Assembly: GCA_963748985.1 (NCBI GenBank)
Contig: CAVVKQ010000013.1
Coordinates: 6,830-70,829, forward strand
Reading direction: 5' to 3'
Length of the DNA stretch: 64,000 nt
DNA from: an uncultured Pseudomonadota bacterium
GTDB taxonomy: Bacteria > Pseudomonadota > Gammaproteobacteria > Steroidobacterales > Steroidobacteraceae
Shown: positions 8,817-18,268 of the stretch, piece after piece
How positions within the stretch are numbered: the stretch's first letter is position 1
Layout: the number at the start of each line of letters is the position of its first letter
Translations under genes and position numbers: made by a program
The notes under the pieces: model-generated
What the model was told of the DNA's origin: nothing
Databases searched by the model: none
The model's input: only the letters and a program-made list of their open reading frames with translations

Positions 8817-11261
8817 CTAGAACTCCTGCGAGAACTTGATGCCGAACGTGCGCGGCCGCTGCGGTACGACGTAGATTTCCTGGCTGCATACCTCTTCCAG
8901 GCATTGGGCAAACCGCCCGACCTCGGCGCGTTCGTCGAACACGTTCTGGACGAACAGTTCCACCCGCCAGTCGTCCTTGCCGATGCCTGCAGACAGGTCC
9001 GCGACCGTGTAGCTCGGCATCTGTCCGAGGACTTCACGAACGTAAAGTGGATCGATCAGCCCGTAGTCGGATGGAGTGACGATCGTGCGCAGATCCGCTT
9101 CGCGTTCGCTGGAATAGATCACCGAGCCCTGCACGTAGCTGTCGAAACTCGAAACGCTGAATTCGTAACGAGCCGTGGCGTTCGCCTTCCATTCTGGCGT
9201 GACCGGCAGCATCGTACCTTCGGCCGCCTGTGGTGGAAGCACGTTGCCATCGACGTCGATACAGGGAGATTGCTGTGGCTTGCCGTCGGCATTTACGAAG
9301 TTGCAGAAGTCGTCCGCGAGTTCCGAATTCAGATACGCAATGCTCGCCGAGACGCTGAACTGATCCGTAGCCTGGAAAGTCACGTCCATCTCGATGCCGT
9401 CAACCTGCGCCTGGCCGGCGTTCCGAACCTCCGTCAAGCCATTCAGACCCAGGATCGAAAACTGGAAGTCATCCCACGTCTGCGAGAAGACCGCGCCGTT
9501 CCAGCGCAGCCGGTTGTCGAACCAGGTGGTCTTCCAGCCGATTTCGTAGTTTGTCAGCCAGTCGGCTTCGTACGGGGGCAGCGTACCGCGACGGTTGACA
9601 CCGCCGGGACGAAAGCCTTCCGAGTACGTCGCGTAGACCATCGCTCCTTCCGTGAACTTGTAGGTCAGGTTCACGCGTGGGGTAATTCCGTCTTCCTTCG
9701 TTGTCTTGTCGAAAACCTTGCAGGGCGCGCCATTGAAGTCCGGCGCCGTGGTGTGGTCGCCTCCTGGGCAGGCCGCCTCGCCGGTTCGACCGCTGTACCC
9801 TTCGCTGTAGCCGAAAAAGCCTTTCAATGAATTGTCGCTGTCGAAGTAGCGGGCTCCGACCGTGCCGCTGAGCTTGTCGGTGAAGTCGAAGGTGAACTCG
9901 CCGAACAAGGCCCATTCTTTGTCTACCCGCAACTGCTTGGTCAGCCAGATCGTGTCTTCCCAGCCCGTCACGGAAATCTGTGAGCCAAGGCCGTCGATCA
10001 TGTAGCGCTGCTGGATGTCGTGTTCCTGTCGCTGAACGAACGCGCCCAGCACAAAGCGGAATCGCTGGTCCGCGTCGGAGGCCACGCGCAGTTCGTGCGT
10101 GTAACGGTTGTAGCGATCCTTACCCTGGATGTATTGCGTCGGGTCGATCGGTACGCCGTCGTCGTCATGCCAGTACGCGCCGTAGCCGAGCAGGGTGTCA
10201 TACCAGTACGAGTAGTCGGAGTAATCAGATTCCGTGTCCACATCGCGCTTCAGGTACGAGCCCGCATAGATCAGGTCGAGGTTCGAAATCTTGCCTTCGA
10301 CGGTGAGCGCAGCCTGCACCCAGCGGTCGTCGGACGTTTCCGGGCGCCGATGCGAGATCTCCAGTTCGCCGACGGACGTGTCGTAAGCCCAGTTGCCGTT
10401 GGTTTCCTGCTTCTGGGTCATCAGTTGCGGGGTGATGGTCCAGTTGTCGTTGAGGTCGAACTTCAGCGCCGCACGGGCGCCGGTGGTGTCAGCGTCATTG
10501 TAATTGTCTTCGACAAACCTGGCGTTGTTGACCGTCGCGCCCGAGGTCGGGTACGTACGTTCGCCAAGCACATTGTCGATGTAGCCGGCATCGTGGCGAT
10601 GCCAGCCGACCAGGCGTACTGCCGTGCGGTCGTTGATCGGCAAGTTCACCATGCCTTCGGCGAGATAACCCATGCCGCCGCCATCGACCGAATTCACTTC
10701 CAGCCCGTAGCTGGCGTCGAATGCGGACGCATCCGGCCGTTTGGTGATGATGCGGAGCGTGCCCGCCTGTGAGCTCGCACCGTACAGCGTGCCCTGCGGA
10801 CCGGCGAGCGCTTCGACGCGCTGGATGTCGTAGAGGTGGACGTCCAACGCTCCCTGGATCGTCGTAATCGGCTGCTCGTCGAGGTAAATGCCAACGCTCG
10901 GCAGCGATGTCGAATGATTGCCGTCGCCGCCGCTCGCGACACCGCGCATGTAGACGGCTGCGAAGCCCGGGCCAAACGTCTGGTACGAGACGCTGGGCAT
11001 GAACCGCACGTAGTCATCGAACCGCTGGATATTCAGCTCCTGGAGCCTCTGCGTGCTGAAGGCCTGGATGCTGAGCGGCACGGACTGCAGGTCTTCCGTG
11101 CGCTTCTGCGCAGTGACGACGATTTCCTCCAGGCCACCGGAAGTCGTCTGCGCGGAGGCGGACATGCCGGCGAGCAGTATTGGCACGCTGGCGGCCAGCA
11201 TACGACGGGTAGACGGCCGGCCTTGCTGGCGCTGCAGCTTGCGTTTGCGGCTACGGGTCAT
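8817..11261 (-). CDS. TonB-dependent receptor (paralogue 1 of a tandem pair)
   Basis: ORF 8817..11270. The start is set at ATG 11261 by analogy with its paralogue (MTRSRKRKLQRQQGRPS..). Plug motifs LEEIVVTAQKRTEDLQSVP and ALAGPQGTLYGASSQAGT; C-terminus ..RPRTFGIKFSQEF. Confidence 0.9.
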   Translation of the reverse strand: MTRSRKRKLQRQQGRPSTRRMLAASVPILLAGMSASAQTTSGGLEEIVVTAQKRTEDLQSVPLSIQAFSTQRLQELNIQRFDDYVRFMPSVSYQTFGPGFAAVYMRGVASGGDGNHSTSLPSVGIYLDEQPITTIQGALDVHLYDIQRVEALAGPQGTLYGASSQAGTLRIITKRPDASAFDASYGLEVNSVDGGGMGYLAEGMVNLPINDRTAVRLVGWHRHDAGYIDNVLGERTYPTSGATVNNARFVEDNYNDADTTGARAALKFDLNDNWTITPQLMTQKQETNGNWAYDTSVGELEISHRRPETSDDRWVQAALTVEGKISNLDLIYAGSYLKRDVDTESDYSDYSYWYDTLLGYGAYWHDDDGVPIDPTQYIQGKDRYNRYTHELRVASDADQRFRFVLGAFVQRQEHDIQQRYMIDGLGSQISVTGWEDTIWLTKQLRVDKEWALFGEFTFDFTDKLSGTVGARYFDSDNSLKGFFGYSEGYSGRTGEAACPGGDHTTAPDFNGAPCKVFDKTTKEDGITPRVNLTYKFTEGAMVYATYSEGFRPGGVNRRGTLPPYEADWLTNYEIGWKTTWFDNRLRWNGAVFSQTWDDFQFSILGLNGLTEVRNAGQAQVDGIEMDVTFQATDQFSVSASIAYLNSELADDFCNFVNADGKPQQSPCIDVDGNVLPPQAAEGTMLPVTPEWKANATARYEFSVSSFDSYVQGSVIYSSEREADLRTIVTPSDYGLIDPLYVREVLGQMPSYTVADLSAGIGKDDWRVELFVQNVFDERAEVGRFAQCLEEVCSQEIYVVPQRPRTFGIKFSQEF

Positions 11262-11280
11262 TCGGATCAAATGGTGCGAA

Positions 11281-11317
11281 GAGACAAAAGAAGGGCGGGT
11301 CGATGCCGACCCGCCCT
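11281..11317 (-). terminator. Rho-independent terminator of the 11356..13794 receptor gene
   Basis: Perfect 11-bp stem AGGGCGGGTCG (11292-11302) / CGACCCGCCCT (11307-11317) with loop ATGC. On the minus strand it is followed by TCTTTTGTCTC. Confidence 0.8.
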
Positions 11318-11355
11318 GGATTGCTCTCCCTGGCCAACTGGCCCCAACGTACGGC

Positions 11356-13794
11356 CTAGAATTCCTGGCTGAATCTCAGTCCAATCGTACGTGGTCGGCT
11401 CGGCACATAGTACGGCTGCACGCCGCAGACCGACGTCGCGCAACCTGCGAAAGTCGACGTCCGCGCGATTTCGTCGAACATGTTGCTTACGTAGAGCTCG
11501 ACGGCAAACGCGTCCCACTTCACGCCGCCTGACATATCGGCAATCGTGTAGGAGGGGTTCTTGCCGAGAATCGCCCGATCGGTCCGTGTCAAGTCCGAGT
11601 AGGTGTCGCCGTTGTAGACAACGGCGACCTGGAAGTGGCCGTCCATGCCGCCCACGGGAAATTCGTAACGGCCCGTCAGGTTGGCCTTGAATTCCGGTGT
11701 CACCGGCAACCGGTCACCCTTCAGCGCCTCCGGTGTCAAATCGGGTGGGTCGTCAGCCAGGCCTGGAACGTAATCCTCGCTCAACTTCGCGTCGAGCCAC
11801 GAAAAGCCACCGGAGATTACCAGGCCATCCGTTGCCGCCCACGTCAGGTCCGCCTCGATGCCGTCGATAGTTGCGGCACCTGCATTGCGAATCACCGTCA
11901 GGCCTGAACCACCCGGGGGCAGGAATGAGTACTGGATGTCATCCCAGTCCTCGTGGAAGATCGCTCCGTTGAAGCGCAACGTGTTGTCGAGCCACGTGGT
12001 TTTCCAGCCGATCTCGTAGTTCGTCAGGATGTCCGGGGAGTACGGCCCGACACTGTTGTTACGGTTGATGCCGCCCGGGCGGAAACCTTCCGAGTAGGTT
12101 GCGTACACGAGCTTGTCGTCCGTGATGCGGTACGTGAGGTTGCCTTTCAGCACGTTGCCGCTGTCGTCGACGTCATCGTTGATGTTCGTGCACGGCGAGC
12201 CGTTGTACGACTGGGGCGGCTGCGGATAGTCCGTACACTTGGCGACGCCGTAATTCGTGCTGTAGTTCTCGGTCATGAAACCGAAGAAACCTTCGATCGA
12301 GTTCTCGGTCTCGAAGAATCGCGCGCCCGCCGTCGCCGTCAGTTGCTCGGTAAAATCAAAGGACATTTCACCGAATATCGCGGAATCCGTGTCCTTGCGC
12401 AGCTGGTTCGTCAGCCAGAACGTATCCGGCCATTCGGGGATGACGACCGGGAAAAACTCGCCGCCCGAAACGTAGCCGCCGAGGTCTCTGACCATGTAGT
12501 TCTGGAAGATCTCGTGTTCCTGATCCTGGTAGAACAGGCCGCCCACGAACCGGAAGCGGTTGTCGCTGGGCGACGAAATGCGCAGTTCGTGGCTCTGTCG
12601 CTTGTAACCATCGCTGCCCTGAATGAACTGCGACGGGTCAGCGAGCGGATCGCCGACGCTGTCGCCCCAGTAATAGGCGACGTAGCTGCAGCATTCGTCG
12701 TAGTGAAACGTGTAATCGGAATAGTCCGCATCAACCTCGACGTCGCGCTTGAGGTAGGCGCCCGCATAGACGAGGTCAAAGTTGCCAATCTTGCCCTCGA
12801 CGGTCAGCGCCGCCTGCAGCCACTTGTCTTCGCTGGTGTCGGGAAAGAAATGCGTCAGTTCGAGTTCGCCGACGCCAGGGTCGTAGGCGAAGCTGCCGCC
12901 CGCTTCCTGCTTCTGGCCCATCAGTGTCGGTGTGACCGTCCAGTTGTCATTGAGTTCGATCCGCAGCGCGGCGCGAGCACCGTATGTGTCGACGTCGTTG
13001 TAGTCGTCCTCGGCGCGCTGGGGTCCCGCTACGCAGCCCGCAGGGGGGGGCGTGCGGTTGCTGACGCAAGCTCCGGTGCTCGGGTAGACCCGTTCGCCTG
13101 CCACGTTGTCGATGTAGCCTGCATCATGGCGGAGCCAGCCGACCAGGCGCACTGCCGAATTGGCCGTGATCGGCAGGTTGACGAATCCTTCGGCGAGGTA
13201 ACCCGTGCCGCCGTGATCGACGACGTTTCCCTCGAGGCTGTAGCCGGCAGCGAAAGCGTCGGGGTCCGCCTTATTGGTGATGATCCGGATCGTGCCCGCC
13301 TGCGAACTGGCTCCGTACAGCGTGCCCTGCGGGCCGGCCAGTGCCTCGACGCGGGCGATGTCGTACATGTGAATGTCGAGTGCGCCCTGGATCGTCGTGA
13401 TCGGCTGTTCGTCGAGGTACATGCCGACACTCGGTTGCGGCCCCGAGTGGTTGTTGTTCTCGCCACTGGCGACGCCGCGGAAATACGGCAGGCTGAAGCC
13501 CGGGCCGAGCGAGGTGTACGACACGCTCGGCATGAATCTCACGTAGTCCCTGAAATCATTCACCTGCAGCTGGTCGAGTCGCTCAGAGCCAATGGCCTGG
13601 ATGCTGATCGGCACGGACTGCATGTCCTCCGTGCGCTTCTGCGCAGTGACGACGATTTCCTCCAGGCCACCCGCGGTGGTCTGGGCGTAGGCGGACATGC
13701 CGGCCAGCAGGGTCGGCACGCTGGCTGCCAGCAATCGAACGGCACTCGGCCGGCCCTGCTGGCGCTGCAGTTTGCGTTTGCGGCTACGGGTCAT
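11356..13794 (-). CDS. TonB-dependent receptor (paralogue 2 of a tandem pair)
   Basis: ORF 11356..14103, trimmed to ATG 13794 (MTRSRKRKLQRQQGRPSAVRLLAASVPTLLAGMSAYAQ..). Same plug motifs as the neighbour; C-terminus ..RPRTIGLRFSQEF. Confidence 0.9.
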   Translation of the reverse strand: MTRSRKRKLQRQQGRPSAVRLLAASVPTLLAGMSAYAQTTAGGLEEIVVTAQKRTEDMQSVPISIQAIGSERLDQLQVNDFRDYVRFMPSVSYTSLGPGFSLPYFRGVASGENNNHSGPQPSVGMYLDEQPITTIQGALDIHMYDIARVEALAGPQGTLYGASSQAGTIRIITNKADPDAFAAGYSLEGNVVDHGGTGYLAEGFVNLPITANSAVRLVGWLRHDAGYIDNVAGERVYPSTGACVSNRTPPPAGCVAGPQRAEDDYNDVDTYGARAALRIELNDNWTVTPTLMGQKQEAGGSFAYDPGVGELELTHFFPDTSEDKWLQAALTVEGKIGNFDLVYAGAYLKRDVEVDADYSDYTFHYDECCSYVAYYWGDSVGDPLADPSQFIQGSDGYKRQSHELRISSPSDNRFRFVGGLFYQDQEHEIFQNYMVRDLGGYVSGGEFFPVVIPEWPDTFWLTNQLRKDTDSAIFGEMSFDFTEQLTATAGARFFETENSIEGFFGFMTENYSTNYGVAKCTDYPQPPQSYNGSPCTNINDDVDDSGNVLKGNLTYRITDDKLVYATYSEGFRPGGINRNNSVGPYSPDILTNYEIGWKTTWLDNTLRFNGAIFHEDWDDIQYSFLPPGGSGLTVIRNAGAATIDGIEADLTWAATDGLVISGGFSWLDAKLSEDYVPGLADDPPDLTPEALKGDRLPVTPEFKANLTGRYEFPVGGMDGHFQVAVVYNGDTYSDLTRTDRAILGKNPSYTIADMSGGVKWDAFAVELYVSNMFDEIARTSTFAGCATSVCGVQPYYVPSRPRTIGLRFSQEF

Positions 13795-13837
13795 TTTGTA
13801 TCGGACTCCCTGAGTAATGCACCCGTGGGCGGGCGCG

Positions 13838-13849
13838 TGAATGCATTCA
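13838..13849. promoter_or_regulatory. Perfect 12-bp palindrome TGAATGCATTCA (candidate operator) between the sulfotransferase and receptor genes
   Basis: Read directly at 13838-13849. It overlaps the sulfotransferase stop codon (13847-13849) and lies 44 nt upstream of the receptor ATG. The half-sites TGAAT/ATTCA resemble LacI/Cra-type operators, but the centre is GC rather than CG. Confidence 0.3.
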
Positions 13850-15868
13850 TGGCAGCGGTGGCGCTGCGGGGTAAGCGTCGAGCACGGGGCCAAGTGCGGC
13901 CTTGAGCGGGTCGAGCCAGGGTTCGTAGTGCCGCCAGTGATCCACCGCGTCGCGGTAGATCGGTTGACGCACTTGTTCGGAGCTTGCCGTGCGAACCGCC
14001 CGATCGTTCTCGTAGAAGCGCAGGCAGGCGTCCTCGAACGGCAGGCCGCAGTAGTCGAGCAGCCGGTGCACCTCGCCTTCGGTGTCGTCGACCATGCGCT
14101 CATAGATCACGCGATGCACGCGGCCGGGCAGCACGACATCGTAGTGCGCCATCAGCGTGACGTAGTCGGCATAGTAGCGGCCGATGTCATCGAGCGAATA
14201 ACTGAAGTTCTGGCCGCGCGCGAAATGCTGTTTGAAGCCGGAAAAGCAGCAGCTCAACGGATGACGGCGCGTGTCGATGATCCTGGCATTCGGCAGCATC
14301 AGGTGGATGAGCCCGACGTGCGCCCAGTTGTTCGGCAACTTGTCGATGAAATAGGGTGCGCCGGTCTTGCGCTGGATGCGGGTCTGCTGGAGGTAGCGCT
14401 CGCCGAGTTCGCGCAAGGCGTCCGGCTCCAGCGACTCGAGCACCTCGGGGTACTTCGAGACCTCGGAGCGTCGGTTGCGCCCGCTCAGCTCCTTGACGAT
14501 ACCGACGATGTCCGGCAGTTCCATCGTGCCTTCGATCGCCGAATGGCTCGACAGGATCTGTTCGACCAGCGTCGAACCCGAACGCGGCAGCCCCACGACA
14601 AAAATCGGGTCGGGCGCAGTGCACCCCGCCCCGCGGCGGGCTGCAAAGAACCCCGGCGTGAACAGCGCACGTGAACGGCGCACGTTCCCGGAGACCGTGT
14701 CGCTGTCGTAGGGCACCACTTCCTTGCGCAGCCGATTGCCTGCTGCGTAATTGCTGAACGACTCGGCGTAGTCCTGCGCATCCTCCGCAGCTTTGCCGAG
14801 CGCGAAGTGGAAGTGGAAGCGATCTTCCTGGGTGAGGTCGCTGCGTTCGAGCTGCGCACCCATCGCGGCGACGTCAGTCTCCGTGAAGCGGAACGTCTTC
14901 AGGTTCGCGAGACTCCAGTAGGCCTCGCCGAGGCGCGGCTCGAGCTCGATCGACTTGCGGTATGCCGCAATCGAATCGTCCTGCCGCCCTGCGGTCTTCA
15001 GCGCGTGGCCATGGCTCAGCCAGACTTTCGCCTGCAGCGGGTATTCGCGCAGCAATTGTTCGTAAAGGCGGATGGCCTCGTCGTATTCTCCGATACGCGC
15101 CAGCACCGCAGCCTTCAGGTTGCGGAAACTCGGGCTGCGCGGATCGTCCGCGAGCAACTGTTCGATCTGCGCCAGGGCCTCGACCGGCCGGTTGTTCCGG
15201 TGCAGGACCACGGCATAGTTATGGCGCGCGGCCTTGAAGCCGGGCGCCAGTTCCAGGCAGCGCGTCAACAGGTGCTGGGCGTCGATATAGCGCCCGATGC
15301 GCGAGGCGATCTCGGCCAGCATGCGGATGGCGGCCACGTCGGTCGGAAACTGTTGCAGGTGACTGCGGAGCAGCGGCTCGGCGACGGCGATACGGCCTTC
15401 GGCCAATGCCAGCGCAGGCTCCATGAGCCGGGGATCGCGCGTCGAATTGCGGATGTGGTTGGCGTAAGCCTGGTCGGCGCCTGCGGTATCGCCCATCGCA
15501 TACAGGTGGTCGCCCAGGGCGCGCCAGGCATCAGCCATCGTTGGCTGCAGGCGCACGGCATTACGCAACGCCGCGACGGCTTCGTCGCCTCGCCCGGCAT
15601 CGCCGAGCGCCAGCCCGAGTTCACGTTGTGCGACGGCCCAGCGCGGTTGCGCGGCGGCGAGCGGCTCGAGAATGCGCAATGCGTCGGCGGCGTCGTTCGA
15701 TCGCCGCCGGGCCATCGCCAACAGGAGCGTTGCGGCCGGGTGGTTCGGCACGGCGCCAAGGATTTCGCGTGCCTGCTCGGCGGCCAGTCCTGGCTGGGAC
15801 ACGAGCAGCTTTTCGGCGTGGGCAAGCGCCACGTCCAGAGTTCCCACGGGTTCCGGCCCGCTTGTCAT
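13847..15868 (-). CDS. TPR-repeat protein fused to a PAPS-dependent sulfotransferase domain (Sulfotransfer_3/TPST-like)
   Basis: 673 aa with no signal peptide. The N-terminal half is made of TPR-like repeats (..AWRALGDHLYAMGDTAGADQAYANHI.., ..KVWLSHGHALKTAGRQDDSIAAYRKSIELEP..). The C-terminal half carries the 5'-PSB loop FVVGLPRSGSTLVEQILSSH and a sulfotransferase-like remainder. Confidence 0.85.
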   Translation of the reverse strand: MTSGPEPVGTLDVALAHAEKLLVSQPGLAAEQAREILGAVPNHPAATLLLAMARRRSNDAADALRILEPLAAAQPRWAVAQRELGLALGDAGRGDEAVAALRNAVRLQPTMADAWRALGDHLYAMGDTAGADQAYANHIRNSTRDPRLMEPALALAEGRIAVAEPLLRSHLQQFPTDVAAIRMLAEIASRIGRYIDAQHLLTRCLELAPGFKAARHNYAVVLHRNNRPVEALAQIEQLLADDPRSPSFRNLKAAVLARIGEYDEAIRLYEQLLREYPLQAKVWLSHGHALKTAGRQDDSIAAYRKSIELEPRLGEAYWSLANLKTFRFTETDVAAMGAQLERSDLTQEDRFHFHFALGKAAEDAQDYAESFSNYAAGNRLRKEVVPYDSDTVSGNVRRSRALFTPGFFAARRGAGCTAPDPIFVVGLPRSGSTLVEQILSSHSAIEGTMELPDIVGIVKELSGRNRRSEVSKYPEVLESLEPDALRELGERYLQQTRIQRKTGAPYFIDKLPNNWAHVGLIHLMLPNARIIDTRRHPLSCCFSGFKQHFARGQNFSYSLDDIGRYYADYVTLMAHYDVVLPGRVHRVIYERMVDDTEGEVHRLLDYCGLPFEDACLRFYENDRAVRTASSEQVRQPIYRDAVDHWRHYEPWLDPLKAALGPVLDAYPAAPPLP

Positions 15869-15903
15869 CCAAAGTCCCCGTGTTTTGACACCACAGCGGG
15901 CGA

Positions 15904-15932
15904 ATGAAAGACTGCCGCGCCCGCAATGTCAA
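15904..15932 (-). promoter_or_regulatory. Candidate sigma70 promoter for the sulfotransferase/receptor unit
   Basis: On the minus strand: TTGACA (plus-strand tgtcaa, 15927-15932), a 17-nt spacer, then TTTCAT (plus-strand atgaaa, 15904-15909). It lies about 35 nt upstream of ATG 15868. Pattern match only. Confidence 0.35.
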
Positions 15933-15981
15933 ACGCCGTGTGGCGTTTCGAGGCCACCTGTTGTTTGGAGACGACGAACCG

Positions 15982-17391
15982 ATGTCGAACGGCATTTTCA
16001 CTGCACCACGATGTCGCGGAAACGCGCCGCAGGCACCGTCGCGGCGCACGGCGGGCGTCGCTTCCTGGCTGGTGGTGGCCGGGCTTGCGGCTGGCCTGCC
16101 GGCTGTCGCAGCGACGCCGATTCCCGTCATCTCGGCAGTGCCCTATAGGGCCGACTCCGGCTCCGTGGCGGTCCAGTGCGGCAGGTTGATCGACGGCGTG
16201 GCTGCCCAGGCGCAAGGCCTCGCGACCGTCGTCATTCGCAGCGGTCGGGTCGACTCGGTGCAACCGGGTGCGGTGTCGCCCGCGGGCATGCCCGTGGTCG
16301 ACCTGCAGCAATACACCTGCCTGCCCGGCCTGATCGACATGCACACGCACCTGACGGACAGCGGGCACGAGACGGCCGACCTCAGTGTCTACTACAAGCG
16401 CACGCCGGTGGAGCAGGGCGCGATTGCACGGGAAAGCGCCCGCGTGACGCTGCTGGCCGGGTTCACCGGGGCGCGAGACGTCGGCACGTACATCGCCTGG
16501 GTCGATCGCGACTTGCGCGACGCAATCAACCAGGGGAACGCGGTCGGCCCCCGCATGCAGGTCGCGGGCTACTACCTGACGATCCCTGCCGGCGGCGGCG
16601 ACCTCGTCATCCCCGGCCATGCCGAAGCGGAGATCCCGCCGCAGGTTCGCATGGGCGTCGCACGCGGGCCCGAGCAGTTCCGGCAGAAAGCCGAGCAAGC
16701 CGTCGCAGGCGGTGCCGACGTGCTCAAGATCATCGCGTCCGGCGCCGTGCTTGCGTTTGGCGGAGTGCCGGGCGAGCGTGAAATGCTGCCCGAGGAGATC
16801 AAGGCCGTCGTCGACGTGGCGCATGCCCACGACAAGAAGGTTTCGGCGCACGCGCACGGCGCGCAGTCGATCAAGGATGCGATCCTGGCCGGCGCCGACA
16901 CGATCGAACACGCATCGCTGATCGACGACGAGGGCGTCCGGCTCGCAAAGGAGCACGGCACCGCGCTGTCGATGGATGTCTACAACGGCGACTGGATCGA
17001 CACCGTCGGCCGCGAAGAAAAGTGGCCCGAGGAATTCCTGCGCAAGAACGTCGAGACGACCGAGGCGCAACGCCAGGGGTTCACCAGGGCGCACGCCGCG
17101 GGCGTCGACATCGTCTATGGCACGGACGCTGCCGTGTTTCCGCACGGCCTCAATGCGCGCCAGTTTCCGATCATGGTCCAGCGCGGCATGACGCCGATGG
17201 AAGCCATCCAGGCGGCGACTTCGCTGGCGGCGAAGCACATGGGTTGGGCGGACCGCATTGGCAGCCTGCAGCCGGGACGCTTCGGCGACCTCATTGCGGT
17301 CAAGGGCGATCCACTCGCTGACGTGACGCGGCTGCAGGATGTGGCCGTCGTGATCAAGGGCGGGCTCGCCTTCAAACTGCCGGCGGAGTGA
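15982..17391 (+). CDS. Amidohydrolase-family metallo-hydrolase, probably exported (possible Tat-type signal)
   Basis: ORF 15904..17391, trimmed to ATG 15982. N-terminus ..PSRRTAGVASWLVVAGLAAGLPAVAA. Amidohydrolase metal motifs: ..CLPGLIDMHTHL.., ..VSAHAHGAQSI.., ..VYGTDAAVFPHG.. Confidence 0.85.
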   Translation: MSNGIFTAPRCRGNAPQAPSRRTAGVASWLVVAGLAAGLPAVAATPIPVISAVPYRADSGSVAVQCGRLIDGVAAQAQGLATVVIRSGRVDSVQPGAVSPAGMPVVDLQQYTCLPGLIDMHTHLTDSGHETADLSVYYKRTPVEQGAIARESARVTLLAGFTGARDVGTYIAWVDRDLRDAINQGNAVGPRMQVAGYYLTIPAGGGDLVIPGHAEAEIPPQVRMGVARGPEQFRQKAEQAVAGGADVLKIIASGAVLAFGGVPGEREMLPEEIKAVVDVAHAHDKKVSAHAHGAQSIKDAILAGADTIEHASLIDDEGVRLAKEHGTALSMDVYNGDWIDTVGREEKWPEEFLRKNVETTEAQRQGFTRAHAAGVDIVYGTDAAVFPHGLNARQFPIMVQRGMTPMEAIQAATSLAAKHMGWADRIGSLQPGRFGDLIAVKGDPLADVTRLQDVAVVIKGGLAFKLPAE

Positions 17392-17395
17392 AGCG

Positions 17396-18268
17396 ATGGC
17401 GGTCGGGACTGACCCCCACGACTTGTTCGCGCCCGCCGAAACCGGCCGGGTGCGGCGGCTCGCGCCGAACCTGCAGCGGCTGGTCGCCCCCAATCCCAGT
17501 CCGTTGACCGGACCGGGCACGAACACCTATGTCGTCGGATTCGGCCCGCACTACCTGGTGATCGATCCCGGTCCCGACGATCAGACGCACGTGGAGCGCA
17601 TCCTCGCGGCGGCGCACGGCCGCATCAGCCACGTGCTCTGCACGCATTCGCACCCGGATCATTCGCCCGGTGCGGCGGCGCTCAAGGCGCGCACCCAGGC
17701 GGTGGTACTGGGGCGGCCGGCCCCGCACGACGAATTCCAGGATGAGTCGTACCGTCCTGACCGAACGCTCGAAGACGGCGACGTCATCGAGGTTTCGGGC
17801 GCGGCGATTCGTGCGCTCCACACGCCGGGTCACGCTTCGAACCACGTCTGCCTGCTCCTCGAACCGGAGGGTTGGTTGCTGACCGGCGATCACCTGATGG
17901 GCGGCTCGACCGTCGTCATCCTGCCGCCGGACGGGTCCATGCGCCTGTACCTGGAATCGCTGCGCCGGCTGCGCACGCTGCCACTTACGGCTTTGCTGCC
18001 CGGGCACGGCGCGGTGATGCCGGATCCGCTCGGCGAGATCGACCGGGTGATCGCACATCGACTGCAGCGCGAAAGCAAAGTGGTGGCTGGCCTGCTTGAC
18101 CTGGGGCGCGCCGCCACGCTCGGCGAACTGGTTCCGATCGTGTACGCCGACACGCCGGTCGCGTTGCATCCGCTGGCGCGGTATTCGCTGCTCGCTCACC
18201 TGCAGAAGCTGCTCGAGGAGCGGCGCGTCGCGCAGGACGGCGATCGCTGGACATGGCTCACGGCGTGA
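17396..18268 (+). CDS. MBL-fold metallo-hydrolase
   Basis: 290 aa with the HxHxDH motif (..LCTHSHPDHSPGA..) and downstream His/Asp ligands (..HTPGHASNH.., ..LTGDHLM..). Confidence 0.85.
   Translation: MAVGTDPHDLFAPAETGRVRRLAPNLQRLVAPNPSPLTGPGTNTYVVGFGPHYLVIDPGPDDQTHVERILAAAHGRISHVLCTHSHPDHSPGAAALKARTQAVVLGRPAPHDEFQDESYRPDRTLEDGDVIEVSGAAIRALHTPGHASNHVCLLLEPEGWLLTGDHLMGGSTVVILPPDGSMRLYLESLRRLRTLPLTALLPGHGAVMPDPLGEIDRVIAHRLQRESKVVAGLLDLGRAATLGELVPIVYADTPVALHPLARYSLLAHLQKLLEERRVAQDGDRWTWLTA

Noticed and set aside
6470-15868. Possible genomic island inserted at tRNA-Arg (three receptors plus the sulfotransferase directly downstream of the tRNA).
   Set aside because: I could find no integrase, no direct repeat of the tRNA 3' end, no mobility genes, and no obvious compositional break by eye. 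The same applies to the region beside tRNA-Leu, apart from the solo repeat arm reported separately.
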